Below, one piece after another: positions 45,703-55,800 of a stretch of DNA of 64,000 nt (position 1 is its first letter; every line of letters starts with the position of its first letter). The notes under the pieces are model-generated. The model ran no database searches and had not been told where the DNA came from. It worked only from the letters and a program-made list of their open reading frames with translations. This DNA comes from a virus (Duplodnaviria > Heunggongvirae > Uroviricota > Caudoviricetes), in the IMG/VR virus record IMGVR_UViG_3300050581_000228; one strand, given 5' to 3'. A program made the translations under genes and the position numbers.

Positions 45703-45874
45703 GGTCCGCAGCCTCACCTACGTCGTTTCAGGCCCAAGGGCATCCCTGCCCCCAACAATTGAGCCTCCCGCTCGCTCTCGTCGTGACTCGAAAGCTGGTC
45801 GAAGGCGATGATGAGGGCCTGTGTGTAGGGGCCGTTGTCCTCCCAACGCGGCTTCACGCCGGGCGGCAGAACGC

Positions 45875-46402
45875 CTAACCGTTGACAGGCGCGCCAGACG
45901 GCGTGTTCGCCGGTACGATGGTCGGGCCACTTGTGCCTTCCGACTCCGACAGCGGACCACGTAGAAAAACCTCGCGGGCCTGCTTGAGCTTTGCTTCATC
46001 CAGGCAGTTCGCTTCAAGGACCAAGCCGGTGATCCGGCCGATCTCGATCAGCGTGAAGCCGGCATTCTTGAAGTCCTGCTCCCAGTTGGTCCAAGAACCG
46101 GGATCATCCGGGTTGACCGTCTCCCATTCGATGCCGGACGGCTCCAGGGACTTGACGATCATGTACGCCAGCCGGCGCTTGGCGTAGATTTCCATGTCAT
46201 TCCTGTAGTTCGGATTGTTCGTGTCCGCGATCAATCCATCGCGGGTCATCTTCTTGGGCGGGATCGGCTCGGGCACGAACTTGTGGAACTCCTCAAAGTC
46301 CGGCAAGCCACAAGCCTTGAACACGATCGCCTCTTCGCCGCGAGGCAGGACCAGCGTGTATTCAGGGGACAGGGTTTTGGGATCGACTCCAGCGATTTTC
46401 AT
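45875..46402 (-). CDS. tail assembly chaperone (gpG-like)
   Basis: Sits upstream of the tape measure. An overlapping -1 frame stays open to 45714 (GT-like extension). Confidence 0.5.
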   Translation of the reverse strand: MKIAGVDPKTLSPEYTLVLPRGEEAIVFKACGLPDFEEFHKFVPEPIPPKKMTRDGLIADTNNPNYRNDMEIYAKRRLAYMIVKSLEPSGIEWETVNPDDPGSWTNWEQDFKNAGFTLIEIGRITGLVLEANCLDEAKLKQAREVFLRGPLSESEGTSGPTIVPANTPSGAPVNG

Positions 46403-46488
46403 GTGCGATTACTCCCTCGCAAAGGAAAGGGGCCGGACTGACACTCGCCGTGCCAACCTGGCGTTAAGGACTTGGAAAGAAGGAACGG

Positions 46489-47232
46489 TTAGGACCGCGA
46501 CACGATCGGCTCCACGGCGTTACACTTGCCGGAAACCGAGATTGCGGAATCCTTGAAGCTGACTTCGCGGCTTTCACTTCGGAAGTCGGGGAAGACGGTC
46601 GTCTCTTTCTGTGCCGTGCCACAAGGCGGCGTGTGGACGACTTCGATGTCCACCGCATACGGCTCGCACAGATCGGTTGCGGACGAGACCCATTCAGCAG
46701 CCCCGCCCGTCCGTTTCAGTGCATCCATTGGCGAAATGGTTTCGTTCGTGCCGGTCGTGATGTGTTCGTAGATGATGTCGAATTTGACATCCATCGGAAC
46801 CTGATCGCCTTCCCGCACGGTATCGAGATCGCCACGATCCAGGTCGTAGTTGTACTCGTTGTTCTCCGTGTAGGTCACGTCGCCGTCGCCCACCTTGATC
46901 TCCACTTCCTGGGACTGGAAGGTGACGGTGCCGCCGTCCACGTAAGTTCCCGCGCCGAGGGCGGGCGTGAAGACGATATTGGTGGTTGGACCACTATCGG
47001 TCGGCGTGCGGCCCGTCACCGTATGCACGGTCGTGCCAGCCGTCTCGCCGGCCACCGTGAAGCGGGCACCAACCGGCACCAACGTGGTCACGGTCGTATT
47101 GAGCGACACCGTGTCGATGTCGAAGGTGGTGTCGTCTTCGGCCGGAGGCGTGACCGGCTCGTTGATGAGCGCCGTCCCCGCAAGACCGTCTCTGATCTTG
47201 ATAACGGCGTCTCGAAGTTCAATTCTGGCCAT
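46489..47232 (-). CDS. major tail (tube) protein candidate
   Basis: 247 aa, Thr/Val/Gly rich, immediately upstream of the chaperones. Confidence 0.45.
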   Translation of the reverse strand: MARIELRDAVIKIRDGLAGTALINEPVTPPAEDDTTFDIDTVSLNTTVTTLVPVGARFTVAGETAGTTVHTVTGRTPTDSGPTTNIVFTPALGAGTYVDGGTVTFQSQEVEIKVGDGDVTYTENNEYNYDLDRGDLDTVREGDQVPMDVKFDIIYEHITTGTNETISPMDALKRTGGAAEWVSSATDLCEPYAVDIEVVHTPPCGTAQKETTVFPDFRSESREVSFKDSAISVSGKCNAVEPIVSRS

Positions 47233-47244
47233 CGAAAGCTCCTG

Positions 47245-47757
47245 TTATTCGTTGAGGTAAAGGACGTACCGTGCATCCACGGCGGTCTGTTTGATCTTGT
47301 CCACCTTGTCCAACTGGCCAAAGTGCAACACCCGGATGCTGTTGTTGTTCCCCGGTCGCGGCACCAGACATCCAAGATGTACCTGAGTGTCAGGGTCGCT
47401 GGCGACGTAATCGCCGGGTTCGCCGCCGAAGTTCCAGACTGGAATCGGCAAGGACATCGCCTCGTGAAACAGACCCGCATACTTGAGGATGGTCGCGGCG
47501 TTCTTCTTTGCCCCGTCGTAGCGACTGGTCAGAAGCACGTTGACATCGACGTAAATGCGGTGGTAGCCCTTCGAGAGTTCCTGATCGAAAGGGCCGGTGA
47601 TGCGGATTTCCGCACGGTCGCTGGCGTGCTCGAACTGTGCGGTGCGCTCGTCGAAGTGTTCGATAAGCACGGGCAGCGAAGCCTCGGTGGCGACCTGTTT
47701 CAGATAGTCGGCCACCGAATGAAATATCCAGCGCGACCAATTGGGGTTTGCGGCCAT
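47245..47757 (-). CDS. tail completion/terminator-like hypothetical protein
   Basis: 170 aa; assigned by position only. Confidence 0.35.
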   Translation of the reverse strand: MAANPNWSRWIFHSVADYLKQVATEASLPVLIEHFDERTAQFEHASDRAEIRITGPFDQELSKGYHRIYVDVNVLLTSRYDGAKKNAATILKYAGLFHEAMSLPIPVWNFGGEPGDYVASDPDTQVHLGCLVPRPGNNNSIRVLHFGQLDKVDKIKQTAVDARYVLYLNE

Positions 47758-47765
47758 AGTCGCTC

Positions 47766-48269
47766 CTATGCCCGAAGGGCGCTGGACTGGAGTTCCAAGA
47801 AGGACTCCGCCCTCAGATCGAAGACTTGCTCGGGCGTCTCGCCTACAAGCTCGCGGGCCGCAATGACCCAGCCGGCGTCAACCTCGAAGGATTCGATATT
47901 CTTGATCTGGTATTTGCGACGGTTGTAGACAATCCAATCGTCGGCAGTGAGTTCCGGCAGCGCAGGGACATCGCGGCGGTCGATGATGAACTCCCGCTGG
48001 CTGGCGTCGTAGTGGCCGCCCGTGACGAACTGCTTGTTCGCCGAGATGACGGAGATCGTTTGCTGAGCAACCCGATCAGTCCGCGAGGGCACCACGATCG
48101 CTCGTCGCACGTGCGTGACGCTTTTGGTCACGACTTTTTCGCCCGTCCTTGCGTCCGTCTCGCTGGAGACCAGCCTGTAGATGTCGATCGGCGCGCCGTA
48201 ATCCTTCTTCATCTGGTAAAGGGCTTGCCGAATCCGCTGGTTCAGATTGCGATTGATGGGCGGTCGCAT
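47766..48269 (-). CDS. head-tail joining hypothetical protein
   Basis: 167 aa; assigned by position only. Confidence 0.35.
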   Translation of the reverse strand: MRPPINRNLNQRIRQALYQMKKDYGAPIDIYRLVSSETDARTGEKVVTKSVTHVRRAIVVPSRTDRVAQQTISVISANKQFVTGGHYDASQREFIIDRRDVPALPELTADDWIVYNRRKYQIKNIESFEVDAGWVIAARELVGETPEQVFDLRAESFLELQSSALRA

Positions 48270-48278
48270 GGCGGGTTC

Positions 48279-48530
48279 CTAGCGGTCGAGAGTCCTTTCG
48301 ATTCGTTCCATCACCGCCGTGTTCCTGGCGATGACGGCGGAGCAGTCTGTGACCAACGGTAAGAGCACTTCCCGCTGTTCGTTCTCCAATTCGTCCAGCC
48401 GGTTGGAGAGCCGGTCTTCGCGCTTCCAGTCGCGCCACAGGAAGAACACGACGGCGAGAAAGAAGGGGCCGAACTGTTTGATGAGGTCCAGCGCGTCCGC
48501 AAACTCGCCCGAGGCAAAAAGGATGGGCAT
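48279..48530 (-). CDS. small membrane protein
   Basis: Start MPILFASGEF; TM segment FGPFFLAVVFFLW. Confidence 0.3.
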   Translation of the reverse strand: MPILFASGEFADALDLIKQFGPFFLAVVFFLWRDWKREDRLSNRLDELENEQREVLLPLVTDCSAVIARNTAVMERIERTLDR

Positions 48531-48572
48531 CAGAGAAGCCTTTCGCTGTCGGCGCGGGGTGGAAGAAGGGCC

Positions 48573-48600
48573 GCTCGCCCCGGACGTTTCCGGGGCGAGC
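48573..48600 (-). terminator. stable hairpin downstream of the capsid gene (terminator-like, no clear U-tract)
   Basis: GCTCGCCCCGG-acgttt-CCGGGGCGAGC, a perfect 11 bp stem. Confidence 0.35.
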
Positions 48601-48631
48601 GACCGGGATTGACAGAAGCCGCCAGCAGGGC

Positions 48632-50047
48632 TTAGCCGAGCAGCGGCACGCACAGCCGGGTGTCAAGCACCGCGACACCGCAGAGGGTATCGAGGTTGAC
48701 CTTGGTGCCGCCGGCGTCGATGTCGTACTGCATCGCAACACGCATGGCGATGCCGTTTCGGTTGACCACCTTGGCCATCACGCCACCCGCCGGCAAAGCC
48801 AGAGGACGGCTCACCAGGGCGACAGCCTCGCGGTGGAACGCCCAGTTCAGCGACCCACACGGGCCGGGGAAAGCGTCATCACCGCTACCCACCGCGACTT
48901 CCAGCGGCCGATCCAGCACAACCTTCGTGGAGGTCGAACTGACCGGAACGGTCTGGATCACGGTGTAAACCCGACGATTCGCACCAGGCGCGCCGAAGGC
49001 GAGCAACTGACCGATCTGCGGACCCTTGTTGGCCGTGTGGTTGTCAAGCTGAATGAGCTTGCTGTAACCAACGGCGTAAGCCTCGTGGGCATCGCACTTC
49101 TTGTAGTGCGTAGCCACGCAGTCATCCAGCACCGGGTACTTGAGGCCCTCGCTGAGGACCACGGCACCCGTGGTGGCATCGGTCATATATGTGGGCTGAT
49201 CGTTCCCGGCCAGCACCAGGTACTCACCGGCAACGCCCGTGATCGTGACGTTCAGAGCGCCCTCGTAGCCAGCCGGGTGCGGACCACTGGTACAGGTCAG
49301 GTCTTCTGAGTCAGCGCCGATCGAAACCGAGTTGACATTCTGATCGAGGTAGGTGTTGAAGCCCAGGATGCGGCCGAGGGTCGCGTTCTCCAGGGCCGAC
49401 CCGCCGTCGCCGCGCTCGTTGGCCTTGATAAACATCGTGTTCTTCAGGAGGGCCGTTTCGCTCGCGGGCGAGAGCACAAGGTTCCGACCTTGCATCGGGG
49501 CCAGGTTCTCGTTGAGCCGCTGACGGGCTTCCAGCACGTAGTCGTGGCTGTTCTCGGCGCTCAGGCCGCCGAGCTTGCCTGCGCGGTTGTTCACGCCGGT
49601 GAGGAACTCGTGAATGCGGCCCATGATGGCGCGGTCAACCGAACGACCGATCGTCTGCATCGCGGGCAGCAAGTAGACCTCCACCAAGTCCTGGAAGGAC
49701 AGGCTGGCTTCGCCGTCCTTGATGACGAAGGACTTGTAGAACCACTGATCCAACGGCACGCGCACGTTAGTGGCGGCAGCCGTCTCATGGACCAGCGTAT
49801 CACCGTCCGCCTTGCGGCTGATGGTGAAGGTTCCGGGCCGGCGAGTGTTCACCACGTCGCCGTAGCTCTTGACCTCATCCTCGAAATCGCGGTAGACGAG
49901 ATTGGCCATGACCATGTTTTCTTCGAGGATGGCCAGGCCCTCGTTGGCCCACATCTCGGGGATGAAGGCGTCGTTGTTTGCATCGGTCACGCCGTAGCAG
50001 GCGACGGCCGACACAGAGAGATACCAAAGATTCATTGTTGTCTCCAA
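48632..50047 (-). CDS. major capsid protein candidate
   Basis: 471 aa, immediately downstream of the scaffold-like gene and followed by a strong hairpin. Assigned by gene order only. Confidence 0.55.
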   Translation of the reverse strand: METTMNLWYLSVSAVACYGVTDANNDAFIPEMWANEGLAILEENMVMANLVYRDFEDEVKSYGDVVNTRRPGTFTISRKADGDTLVHETAAATNVRVPLDQWFYKSFVIKDGEASLSFQDLVEVYLLPAMQTIGRSVDRAIMGRIHEFLTGVNNRAGKLGGLSAENSHDYVLEARQRLNENLAPMQGRNLVLSPASETALLKNTMFIKANERGDGGSALENATLGRILGFNTYLDQNVNSVSIGADSEDLTCTSGPHPAGYEGALNVTITGVAGEYLVLAGNDQPTYMTDATTGAVVLSEGLKYPVLDDCVATHYKKCDAHEAYAVGYSKLIQLDNHTANKGPQIGQLLAFGAPGANRRVYTVIQTVPVSSTSTKVVLDRPLEVAVGSGDDAFPGPCGSLNWAFHREAVALVSRPLALPAGGVMAKVVNRNGIAMRVAMQYDIDAGGTKVNLDTLCGVAVLDTRLCVPLLG

Positions 50048-50092
50048 TCGGGACAGATCGTTGTTGTAAGAAGCAGGTCCGACCCCTGAGTC

Positions 50093-50977
50093 TTAACGGC
50101 GGCGTGTTCGCCGGAGGCCGAGCAGTTCAGGGTTCTCTGCTCGAATCTTCTGGTACTGATCGGGCGTGAGATTACGCACGTCAATCTTCCCGTTAGAACC
50201 CGGTGTGAGGCCACCGATAGCCGAATTGCCGCCAACGCCCGAAACGACATTGCGCTTGAAGAGATTCTGGAACTCGGGAAGCTCCGTCATGCGCTTGACT
50301 GCCTCGCTGGGCGTCCGAGCGGTCTTGATCTCCTGGCCAGTAGTGGCGTCCTTGTCCGGGAAGTCCACCATGACATCGAACTGGCTGGTGCCCTTGCCGC
50401 TGCCATCCACCTTCTCGACCAGCTTGGTCCAGTCTTTCAACAGCGTCACAACTTGGCGGGTGTTGTAAGACTCGTGTTCGACTGCGGCGTCTTGAAGTGC
50501 CCGCATGATCGTCGAATCGCGCCACCGCGATTCGGCGATCTCTGCGCGTCGCATGGTTGCCGCGAGTTTGCCTTGATAGGCCGCCTCCAATTCCTTCTTT
50601 TCCTGGGCGGCCTGCTGTTCCTTGCTGCGAAGCTGCCCCTGGATCGTCTCCAAGTTCTCTTGCAGCGTTTGGCGCTCCTTTTCCGTCAGGCTCTTGTTGT
50701 TGGCCAGAAGCTCCTTGTAGGTCGCTTCGGTCTTCTCAAGCTCCTTGCGGTACTTTGTCTCCTGCTTTCGCCGTTCTGTGGCGATCGCGTCGTTGAACTT
50801 TTTCTGTTGCTCAGGGGTGAATCCCTCGGGCGGCTTCACGTCATCGAGCTTGTCGTCCGACTTCTTGTCCTTGTTGAGGTCGTCTCTGTTGAGGTCGTCC
50901 TTGTTCGGATCGTCTTCGCCTTCGTAGCAAGCAACAAGCGCGCAGGGTTTGTACCAGTCATTCAAACACATGACCAT
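50093..50977 (-). CDS. scaffolding protein candidate
   Basis: Acidic N-terminus (DDPNKDDLNRDDLNKDKKSDDKLDD), long coiled-coil, basic tail. Confidence 0.5.
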   Translation of the reverse strand: MVMCLNDWYKPCALVACYEGEDDPNKDDLNRDDLNKDKKSDDKLDDVKPPEGFTPEQQKKFNDAIATERRKQETKYRKELEKTEATYKELLANNKSLTEKERQTLQENLETIQGQLRSKEQQAAQEKKELEAAYQGKLAATMRRAEIAESRWRDSTIMRALQDAAVEHESYNTRQVVTLLKDWTKLVEKVDGSGKGTSQFDVMVDFPDKDATTGQEIKTARTPSEAVKRMTELPEFQNLFKRNVVSGVGGNSAIGGLTPGSNGKIDVRNLTPDQYQKIRAENPELLGLRRTRRR

Positions 50978-51078
50978 TGTTTCCTTTGTTCCCCGAATTT
51001 GTCCCCGGTGGCTCTGGCACGGGTAGTTGCCAGCCGGTAATGGATGCCGCTCTCGCGGCTGCTAAGAGATGCCGGGAA

Positions 51079-52338
51079 TTACGACACCCGGCTTACACGG
51101 ATCGCGTCATCGTCGCGCAAGAATGGCACGAGAAGCCGCCAGGCGAGCGCGGAAGGCACGCCGTTGACGATGTGCTCAACCGGCACATGATTGCGGCTGA
51201 ACGTGGTGCGGACGGACGCATAACCCTGGCTTTCGATGCCAAGGTTTTCAAGCTCCAACTCCGGGTCTTTGCCGTCCAGGAGCGAATGGGCGATCTCGTA
51301 ACATGCGCGACGGATCGCCAAAGGAACCTCGGTGTCTCCCCCTCGCGGAAACTCCAGAGCCTGCGAGGCTTCGGCGGTCATCACTTCCTCCGTCGTGGGA
51401 GAACTGCAACTGCCGACAGCCGATGGAATGTCTTGCAGTCCATATTGCTGCAACAACACGTACACCGGACGCTTGTATCCCTTGTAGTTCAACGTGTCGA
51501 TGATCTGCGTGGCCGCCCAGAGGGCCTTCGGCCGATCGGCTGGATCGGCGTCGGACCACGCGCTCTCGTGGAGGCGCGAGGCGAAATAGGAGTCAGCTTC
51601 GACAAGCGTGCCGTAGTAGATCATGTCCAGCCCGTGGTATGGTGAATCCGCCAGGAGTTCAAGTATGAGCCTCGTAACCCGGAGTTCCGGGGAACCGAAC
51701 TCTCCGAGCACCTCGCACTGAATCTGGGTTGCCTGGAGGCGATCGGTGTCGCCCCGGCCCACGACCTCCGATCCAAGGGCCGTGACATGGAGCGTAGGAA
51801 CGAACCACTCGCCCAGAATCTCGCACTGGACTTGAGTCGCTCGAACGGCGGCAGCCTCAACGGAACCCAATATCTCCGCAGCAGCCGCAGTAACCCGAAG
51901 TCCTGGAACAGTTGGCTCGCCGAGAACTTCGCATTGAAATTGGCTTACTCGAAGTCCCGGAACAGTCGGTTCCCCAAGGACTTCACATTGGATTTGAGTT
52001 GCTCGAAGACCATCAAGGTCGCCTCGCCCCAGTATCTCCGAACCGAGCGCAGTGACCCGAATCGTCGGAACAGTTACCTCACCGAGGACTTCGCACTGAA
52101 CTTGAGTGGCTAAAAGTCCGTCGAGATCACCGTTGCCCAAGATTTCCGCGCGAACCGCCGTAACCAGATTTGCCGGAAGGGCATAGGTGCCAAGTATCTC
52201 GCATACAACGCGAGTTGCCTGAACGCGGTCGGTTGCCCCACGTCCCAGCACTTCAACGACTGCACGAGTCGTGTGCAGTCGTTGCGTGTCACCACGCCCA
52301 AGAACCTCCTGTACGATACGAGTTGTGCGAAGGCTCAT
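51079..52338 (-). CDS. repeat protein (about 13 copies of an 18-19 aa unit with RGD tripeptides) with globular C-terminal domain
   Basis: Alternating units ATQIQCEVLGEPTVPGLR and VTALGSEILGRGDLDGLR. Confidence 0.5.
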   Translation of the reverse strand: MSLRTTRIVQEVLGRGDTQRLHTTRAVVEVLGRGATDRVQATRVVCEILGTYALPANLVTAVRAEILGNGDLDGLLATQVQCEVLGEVTVPTIRVTALGSEILGRGDLDGLRATQIQCEVLGEPTVPGLRVSQFQCEVLGEPTVPGLRVTAAAAEILGSVEAAAVRATQVQCEILGEWFVPTLHVTALGSEVVGRGDTDRLQATQIQCEVLGEFGSPELRVTRLILELLADSPYHGLDMIYYGTLVEADSYFASRLHESAWSDADPADRPKALWAATQIIDTLNYKGYKRPVYVLLQQYGLQDIPSAVGSCSSPTTEEVMTAEASQALEFPRGGDTEVPLAIRRACYEIAHSLLDGKDPELELENLGIESQGYASVRTTFSRNHVPVEHIVNGVPSALAWRLLVPFLRDDDAIRVSRVS

Positions 52339-53387
52339 ACATGCTCAATGCCGATCTGCATGGCGGCAACCTCTTCCGGCGTCCACAAAGCGCCAGTAGC
52401 CGGATTACGCTCTGCCAAGACTGAGAACACGTCGTACCCTGTGCTCGTCACCGTCTGATTGCCACCGGGGGTTTCCGTAGCGCCTGACTTGGCGAATGGC
52501 CGCAAACCTTGCGACGTGGTATCAGTCACTCGTGCATCGGCATTCAGTTGTATGCCCTTGATGTTGGCATTGATCCGCGTGCAATTGGTGACGCCGTAGA
52601 TGTCCTTGTGGCCAACGCTCGTCGAATACACGTAGTCCACGTCGTCATTCGACGGAACCTCGTCCACGCACGCGGCATTGCTCGTTCCCGTATTCCGCGT
52701 CCAGTCATTCTGAACATTGGAATTCGGAAACACGGCTTCGACGATCTGGCTGCCGAGAAAGTCGTTGTTCTCCGACCCCGAAGTATCCAGAATATACATA
52801 TCATCGAAGTAGACGAAGATTGAAGCCGAGCCTCCTTGCCCACCACGGAACTGTATCCGATCAATCAGGCCGGTTCCGCTGTTTCGAGTGTCGATACCCG
52901 ACGCGGAGGCAACCGTCGTCCCGTTGATGCGAACCTCGTAGGCACCATCCGTATCGCCGATGGTCAGCTTGACTTCCATGTAGTACCATTGACCGGCGGC
53001 GAGAGTGTATGGTTCGCTTTCACCGGGCATTACCGTGCCGGCACGGTTCAATTGGATGATCCCAGGATTGAGAATCTTGAGTCCAACATGATAATTCTCT
53101 TCGCCATCGTAAAACCGCAAGATGTCATAGTTGACAGCTATGGTGTCGAGCTTGATGGCAGCGCCGAAAACGATTGTTGCGGCTGGGGTGAACGGCGGAG
53201 TTGAGAATTGCACAGGAGGATTGGTTTGACGCAGACCAATCGAATAGCCAAAGAAACGCCCGCCGCCCGTGTAGACCACGCCAGTGACATCCAAGGGAGG
53301 GCCGTACTTCCGCACTATGAGCGCAGACACATTCTGACTGACGGCAGTAGCAAACGTCTCAAAACCTTCAATCCAACGCAGAGCCAT
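52335..53387 (-). CDS. hypothetical virion protein
   Basis: 350 aa, Gly/Thr/Asn rich; no motif recognised. Confidence 0.4.
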   Translation of the reverse strand: MALRWIEGFETFATAVSQNVSALIVRKYGPPLDVTGVVYTGGGRFFGYSIGLRQTNPPVQFSTPPFTPAATIVFGAAIKLDTIAVNYDILRFYDGEENYHVGLKILNPGIIQLNRAGTVMPGESEPYTLAAGQWYYMEVKLTIGDTDGAYEVRINGTTVASASGIDTRNSGTGLIDRIQFRGGQGGSASIFVYFDDMYILDTSGSENNDFLGSQIVEAVFPNSNVQNDWTRNTGTSNAACVDEVPSNDDVDYVYSTSVGHKDIYGVTNCTRINANIKGIQLNADARVTDTTSQGLRPFAKSGATETPGGNQTVTSTGYDVFSVLAERNPATGALWTPEEVAAMQIGIEHV

Positions 53388-53389
53388 GA

Positions 53390-53977
53390 TTACCTCGAAA
53401 TCCAGCTATATTGGCTACCGGCGCTGGCGTCCGTCTTGGTGATCGCAACCGTGCCGTTTGTCGCCGCGCCGGTCATGGGCGGAACATCTTGCTTGGCAAA
53501 GGTGCCTTGGAATTCGACCGTATAAGGCCCGCCGGCGGCACCGGACACATCGACATTGCCCGCCCCGATGCTTGCCAAGCCTTCCAGTTCAGCCTTTACC
53601 GTTGCCGCCGTGGCGTCACTGGCAATGGCGTTTGTAGTCTCACCCTCGAATGTCAAGGTAAAGGTGTCACCGGCTCCCAGGCCGTCAAGCGTGACGACCT
53701 GTTGTGAATTGCCGGCGGGAGTTGCGACCACGTAGACCTTGCAGGGATTGTCAACCGAGATGTTGATCTCTTCGCCGGCAGGGAGGCAGAAACCCGTTTC
53801 CTCGCTGACGCCTTGCGGGCCGACGTAGATGTCGATCGTATTGGCCGTGGCTGCCCGGACGTTGACGCCCTTGTATGCCTTGCGGGAGTATGGTGCTGTG
53901 ACGATTGGCTTGCTCACCGCATCGGCACCGCCGTGTCCCACGATGAATTCGCTTACTGATTCTTGAAACACGTCCAT
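53390..53977 (-). CDS. hypothetical virion protein
   Basis: 195 aa, Gly/Ala/Thr rich. Confidence 0.4.
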   Translation of the reverse strand: MDVFQESVSEFIVGHGGADAVSKPIVTAPYSRKAYKGVNVRAATANTIDIYVGPQGVSEETGFCLPAGEEINISVDNPCKVYVVATPAGNSQQVVTLDGLGAGDTFTLTFEGETTNAIASDATAATVKAELEGLASIGAGNVDVSGAAGGPYTVEFQGTFAKQDVPPMTGAATNGTVAITKTDASAGSQYSWISR

Positions 53978-55788
53978 TAGGTCTGTTTCCCTTGAGTGTT
54001 AGCGCCTCGGCCTCGCACACGCCGGTGCTTGCTGTCGTGCAAGGTACGATCCTGCCCCTGTTTCTTTTCCTGCCGCGAGGCTTGGAGGTTCGCCGATAGG
54101 TCCGGCACGCCGCGAGCGGCCGGATCGCCGCCCATTGAACTGTTCGACCCCTTGACGCTTGCTTGGGCCTGGGCGACACGAGCCGCACGCTCCGCATGGT
54201 CCTTCTTGGCCTGGATATGCTCCGTCTCGCTGAACCCGAGAGCCATCGAGCCGGTCTTCTCGCCGCAAAGGCCCGCTTCCACCGCCTGGAGGATCGTTTG
54301 CGGATCGCTCGTCGTATAGGCCGACTCGTCGATCTCACTGTTGATCTTGGAGATCGTCTCCACGCCGACCTTGCCGCCAAGCAGGGCTTGCGTGATCGAC
54401 TTGCTGATCTCGCGCTTGACCGTCTGACCGGGCACGCTGCTCATCAGCTTCGAGAGCGACGTGGCCTCGTCGATACGATCTTTGTCCGTCTTGAGCGAGT
54501 AGCGGTCGGGGTATTTGATCGTGGCGATCCTGCGTCGAGCGACGATGCGCTCCTCGTAGGTCGCCCAGAACTCCGCGATCTTCCGCTCCGCGCTTTCCAG
54601 CACGAGGCCGATGTAGCTCAGCCCGGCCTCCAGGCCGCCGCTGTCAAGCGCCTGCACCCCGGCAGGCATCTTGGAGCCGAGCGCTTCGACGCCCAGATTC
54701 ACCAGTCGGGTGATCTCCTGAGCAATCTCTTCTCGCAGGTCCATCGACGCCTTGAGCGGGTCGGGTGACGGATTGATGAACGCCGGGGCCTGGGCCTTGA
54801 TGTCGTAGGCGCGGCCGCGTGTCGCCCCGATCGTGATCTCGTTGTCGTGCGAGGTCTGGCCGCCGGCCGTGGCAGTCCCGTCCGGGTTGGCCGCTTGTTT
54901 CAAGTGGCTTCCCACGGCCCGGAGATCGCGTTGCTCGATGTAGAATGGGAAGTTCGCCTTCAAGGCGAAGTTCACGTCGCTCGACACCAGATTGAGCAAG
55001 GCGATCTGGTGATTGCAGATGTCCTTGATGAGCGAGTCACCCAAATCAAGCAGCACAAATGGAATGCGAGTCAACTCAAGCTCGATCGGGCCACCGGAGT
55101 TCCCATCGCGGTCGATCGGATCACCTTCGGCCGAGTAGAATTGCAGGTTCACCAGTCCGGTCTCCGGGCTGATCCAGAGCAACCGGAAGCGCTGAGCCTG
55201 CTGGAGCGGCAACATCGTCGCCGGATCGCAGTTCAAGCATGTGTCTCGCAGGAGCAACGATTGAAACTCGCTCGGCTCGTCAGGTTTGGTGCAGGCCCAA
55301 CTCAAGATGTCCTCGATCTGGTAAGGATAGAGGTACGGACGAGCGCTGCCGACATCGGCCAGCGTTTCGCCGGGAATCACTGAGTTGTCCACGAACACGC
55401 CCACGCGGCCCATCACGAGCAGTTCCGTCAGGCACTTGATGCCGAGGAATGCGTTCATCGTGCTGCCACGCCGATCGACGCCCTGATCGAGTCCGGCAAT
55501 CGCCCCCTGATAGCTCGGGGTGCCGTCTCGCCTGGTGATGTCGTGCATCCGCTGGAAGATCGAGTTGCGGATGCGATTGATGGCAGCCTTGGCGAAACTG
55601 GGAATCGGCGTGAGTCGTCTGCGGGCCTCGAAGTCCTGCATGTCCTCACGGCTCGTGAATCGCTCAAGGTACTTCTGCCGAAACTCCTCTCCACCTTGGT
55701 ACGTCAGTCGCCATTTCTCCCAGTCGGTCCAATTGCTCAACCAGTTCGGATGGCGTGAATCTATGATCCTTGTCTGAGTAAGACTCAT
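53977..55788 (-). CDS. portal protein candidate
   Basis: 603 aa, immediately downstream of the large terminase; size and position are typical. Confidence 0.55.
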   Translation of the reverse strand: MSLTQTRIIDSRHPNWLSNWTDWEKWRLTYQGGEEFRQKYLERFTSREDMQDFEARRRLTPIPSFAKAAINRIRNSIFQRMHDITRRDGTPSYQGAIAGLDQGVDRRGSTMNAFLGIKCLTELLVMGRVGVFVDNSVIPGETLADVGSARPYLYPYQIEDILSWACTKPDEPSEFQSLLLRDTCLNCDPATMLPLQQAQRFRLLWISPETGLVNLQFYSAEGDPIDRDGNSGGPIELELTRIPFVLLDLGDSLIKDICNHQIALLNLVSSDVNFALKANFPFYIEQRDLRAVGSHLKQAANPDGTATAGGQTSHDNEITIGATRGRAYDIKAQAPAFINPSPDPLKASMDLREEIAQEITRLVNLGVEALGSKMPAGVQALDSGGLEAGLSYIGLVLESAERKIAEFWATYEERIVARRRIATIKYPDRYSLKTDKDRIDEATSLSKLMSSVPGQTVKREISKSITQALLGGKVGVETISKINSEIDESAYTTSDPQTILQAVEAGLCGEKTGSMALGFSETEHIQAKKDHAERAARVAQAQASVKGSNSSMGGDPAARGVPDLSANLQASRQEKKQGQDRTLHDSKHRRVRGRGANTQGKQT

Positions 55789-55800
55789 GCGACACCCTTA

